From Bacillota bacterium (lineage in GTDB: Bacteria; Bacillota; Ch66; Ch109), in assembly GCA_050952625.1 (NCBI GenBank), contig JBMNLH010000004.1, positions 128,001 through 192,000 of the forward strand: a stretch of DNA of 64,000 nt, read 5' to 3'. Below the pieces are notes generated by a model. It ran no database searches. It saw only the letters and a list, made by a program, of their open reading frames with translations, and was not told where the DNA came from. Position 1 is the stretch's first letter; each line of letters opens with the position of its first letter. The position numbers and the translations under genes were made by a program. This document shows, in pieces, positions 60,365 to 64,000 of the stretch.

Positions 60365-62806
60365 GTGGAATCTCCAACAACCTCCAAAATAATTCCGATC
60401 GATATCAACAAGGAAATGCGTCGGTCTTTTCTTGATTACTCTATGAGTGTCATTGTGAGCCGGGCCTTGCCGGATGTCCGGGATGGTCTTAAACCGGTCC
60501 ATCGCCGAATCCTTTATGCCCTGCATGATTTAGGCATAACCCCGGATAAGCCACATCGCAAATCAGCCTACTTAGTCGGGGAAGTCTTAGGTAAGTACCA
60601 CCCGCACGGTGATAGTGCGGTCTATGATGCCATGGTTCGCTTAGCCCAAGATTTTTCAACCCGTTATCCGTTGGTCGATGGTCACGGCAACTTTGGTTCA
60701 ATTGACGGCGATTCAGCTGCCGCCATGCGGTATACTGAAGTAAGAATGGCGCGGATTACTCAGGAGATGCTGGCGGATATTGAAAAAGAAACTGTTGATT
60801 TTCGCCCAAACTACGACGAAACTCGTGAAGAACCGACAGTACTGCCTTCCCGGATCCCCAACCTTTTGGTTAATGGGTCAGCCGGGATTGCGGTGGGGAT
60901 GGCGACCAATATCCCACCCCACAACCTGGGTGAAGTAGTCGATAGTTTAGTTCACTTGATTGATCGTCCAGAAGCAGAGATAAAGGACCTGGTTCAATTT
61001 ATTAAGGGACCTGATTTTCCCACTGGCGGTGTCATTATGGGTCGAGAAGGGATTAAATCTGCCTACATCAGCGGTCGGGGATCAATTCGGGTGCGGGCTT
61101 GTGCGACTCTTGAAGAGCTGCCGGGAAATAAAACAGCCATTATTGTGACTGAATTGCCTTACCAGGTGAATAAAGCCCGTTTGGTAGAAAAAATTGCCGA
61201 ACTGGTCAGAGATAAAAAAATCGAAGGGATTACTGAGCTGCGGGATGAATCGGACCGAAGCGGTATGCGGATTGTTATTGAATTGCGTCGGGATGTTACT
61301 CCCCGCGTGGTGCTTAATCATTTATACAAGCATACCCAAATGGAGGATACCTTCGGGGTCATCATGCTCGCCCTGGTTAATGGAAAACCCCGGATCCTAA
61401 ATCTGAAAGAGGTTTTAACTTATTACCTGGAACACCGAAAAGATGTGATTACCCGCAAAACCCGTTATGAATTACGCAAAGCAGAAGAGCGGCTGCATAT
61501 CGTTGAAGGATTACGGGTTGCTCTGCAATACCTGGATGAAGTAATTCGCACTATTCGTCAATCTCGGTCACCAGACATCGCTCGGAAAGCCCTGGTGGAT
61601 AAATTTGACCTGTCAACCATCCAGGCTCAAGCGATCCTGGATATGCGGCTGCAAAGATTAACCGGGCTCGAAAGACAAAAATTAGAAGAAGAATATAATC
61701 AACTAATTAAACTAATTGAGGAATTAAATTCGATTTTAGCCGACGAACATAAAATCATGCTGATTGTCCGTGGAGAGCTGCTGGAAGCTAAAAAACAATA
61801 TGCTGATCCTAGGCGGACTCAAATCAGTCAAGATGATGAGGTAATTGATATTGAGGACTTAATTCCGGATGAAGAAGTAGTGATCACCACGACCCACCAG
61901 GGATATATCAAACGTTTACCCCTTTCTACTTACCGCAGCCAGCGGCGGGGGGGTAGAGGCGTAACTGGCATAACCACGAAAAACGAAGATTTTGTTGATC
62001 AATTGTTTATTACAACTACCCACCATTATATGTTATTTTTTACCAATTTGGGCCGGATTTACCGGCTTAAGGTTTATGAGATCCCGGAGGCTGGCCGACA
62101 GGCTAAGGGAACTTCGGCGATTAATTTACTAAACCTAGATGGAAACGAATACATTAATGCAATCATCCCGGTGCGGGAGTTTTTTGAGGACCAATTCCTG
62201 ATCATGGGAACCAAAAAAGGGATTATTAAAAAAACGCAGCTTAGTCAATACCGTTTTACCCGACGGGATGGAATTATCGCTATCCAACTTGACGAGGGTG
62301 ACGAACTAATTGGCGTAAAATTAACTAATGGCCGGGAAGAAATCATTCTGTCGACCTGGAAGGGAATGGCCATCCGATTTTCGGAAAAAGAGGTCCGGAG
62401 TATGGGTCGCGTCGCCCGGGGGGTTAAAGGAATTACACTTAAGGAAGATGACGTCGTCGTTAGTATGGATGTTGTTCGCGATGATGCGCAGGTTCTAACA
62501 GTGACGGAAAAAGGTTTTGGCAAACGAACCCCGGTAGAACAGTACCGTTCTCAAAAAAGAGGGGGAACCGGGGTTAAGGTCATGAAGTTATCCCCGCGTA
62601 ATGGTCACCTGGCGGCGATTAAACTAGTCCATCCGGAAGATGAACTAATCCTTATTAGTCATGAAGGGATTGTTATTAGAATGCAGGTGAACGAGATATC
62701 CGAGCAGCACCGAGATACTCAGGGAGTAACTTTAATGAAACTTGACCCGGGAGATAAAGTGGTTGCCGTAGCCAAGGTAGTATCCCGTGAGGATGAGAAT
62801 AATTAA
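60365..62806 (+). CDS. gyrA: DNA gyrase subunit A
   Basis: [26 protein letters not shown] and GyrA-box QRRGGRG. Confidence 0.99.
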   Translation: MESPTTSKIIPIDINKEMRRSFLDYSMSVIVSRALPDVRDGLKPVHRRILYALHDLGITPDKPHRKSAYLVGEVLGKYHPHGDSAVYDAMVRLAQDFSTRYPLVDGHGNFGSIDGDSAAAMRYTEVRMARITQEMLADIEKETVDFRPNYDETREEPTVLPSRIPNLLVNGSAGIAVGMATNIPPHNLGEVVDSLVHLIDRPEAEIKDLVQFIKGPDFPTGGVIMGREGIKSAYISGRGSIRVRACATLEELPGNKTAIIVTELPYQVNKARLVEKIAELVRDKKIEGITELRDESDRSGMRIVIELRRDVTPRVVLNHLYKHTQMEDTFGVIMLALVNGKPRILNLKEVLTYYLEHRKDVITRKTRYELRKAEERLHIVEGLRVALQYLDEVIRTIRQSRSPDIARKALVDKFDLSTIQAQAILDMRLQRLTGLERQKLEEEYNQLIKLIEELNSILADEHKIMLIVRGELLEAKKQYADPRRTQISQDDEVIDIEDLIPDEEVVITTTHQGYIKRLPLSTYRSQRRGGRGVTGITTKNEDFVDQLFITTTHHYMLFFTNLGRIYRLKVYEIPEAGRQAKGTSAINLLNLDGNEYINAIIPVREFFEDQFLIMGTKKGIIKKTQLSQYRFTRRDGIIAIQLDEGDELIGVKLTNGREEIILSTWKGMAIRFSEKEVRSMGRVARGVKGITLKEDDVVVSMDVVRDDAQVLTVTEKGFGKRTPVEQYRSQKRGGTGVKVMKLSPRNGHLAAIKLVHPEDELILISHEGIVIRMQVNEISEQHRDTQGVTLMKLDPGDKVVAVAKVVSREDENN

Positions 62807-62823
62807 ATCATAGAAAATCCTAA

Positions 62824-62863
62824 TAACAAGACAGCAACCAAGTTGTGAGTTGCTGTCTTGTTA
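62824..62863 (+). terminator. Terminator after gyrA
   Basis: taacaagacagcaac-loop-gttgctgtcttgtta. Confidence 0.75.
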
Positions 62864-62930
62864 TTATAATTATGTTAATATAATTAAACCTAAATTTTAG
62901 ATAAATACTACAGGGTGATATTATCATAGA

Positions 62931-63032
62931 ATGAACTGGTTCTGCTTCGCTGAACATCGAGGCTTCAGATGGAGACTCTACTCCACCTGATGATTAAACA
63001 AGGCAACCCCCACTTAGAGGAGTGAGGGTCTT
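62931..63032. repeat. Family B repeat (most intact copy) upstream of the rrn promoters
   Basis: atgaac...gctgaacatcgaggcttcagatggagactctactccacctga...acccccacttagaggagtgagggtctt. Confidence 0.7.
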
Positions 63033-63067
63033 TTGATTGAGATAAATACATGTTTTTTAAAAACAGC

Positions 63068-63280
63068 TTGACATTAAATAACTGAATGTGCTAAGATAAC
63101 CATCGTTGTGGGCAATGACTTTAACCGGAAATGCGCTAAATCAAACTCGTCAGATATAGATTCTGTAGTTTTAATAAATTAAGTATTGACGGCAAATAAG
63201 AAATATGCTATAATAAAATTCCGCCAAGGGCAAAAAGCAAAAGCGAACGCCTGAAGCGAAAGACTGATCCCTGAAAACTG
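63068..63280 (+). promoter_or_regulatory. rrn tandem promoters P1/P2 and boxA-like antiterminator
   Basis: TTGACA...TAAGAT (63068), TTGACG...TATAAT (63186), TGATCCCTGAAAAC (about 63265). Confidence 0.8.
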
Positions 63281-63411
63281 AACAGTTGTCAAAATGTGCG
63301 AAGCCTGATGCAAAAGTCAAGGACCTCGATCAACGAGAGTTTCAAGACAAAGCAAGGCTAGCGACAAGCTAGCGAGATAGTAAATAAGAGCAAGATAAGC
63401 TCTTCGATATT

Positions 63412-64000
<589 letters not shown>

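Overview
This is the origin-of-replication region of a spore-forming Firmicute (Clostridia-like gene order). The backbone runs dnaB-lonC-rplI-yybS-rpsR-ssb-rpsF, then parB-parA-rsmG-mnmG-mnmE-jag-yidC-yidD-rnpA-rpmH, oriC/dnaA-dnaN-recF-remB-gyrB-gyrA, and the start of a 16S rRNA gene carrying a large helix-6 insertion. The complete selenocysteine machinery is present: selD with an in-frame UGA and SECIS, tRNA-Sec, selB and selA. Other content includes a liv ABC operon, a c-di-GMP-I riboswitch controlling a soluble MCP, two parS sites, a nonsense-interrupted M23 peptidase and an SOS mutagenesis cassette next to tRNA-Sec. Two things stand out. (1) An archaeal-style KaiC signalling locus without KaiA/KaiB at 12.1-18.9 kb: soluble PAS-PAS hybrid kinase, wHTH protein, double-domain KaiC, single-domain KaiC and a V4R-V4R-NrtA/CmpA-like fusion. 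(2) At least four families of structured intergenic repeats, including a 170-bp hairpin element found both dispersed and as a 6 x 190-bp tandem array. All calls come from reading the sequence and recognising motifs; no searches were run.
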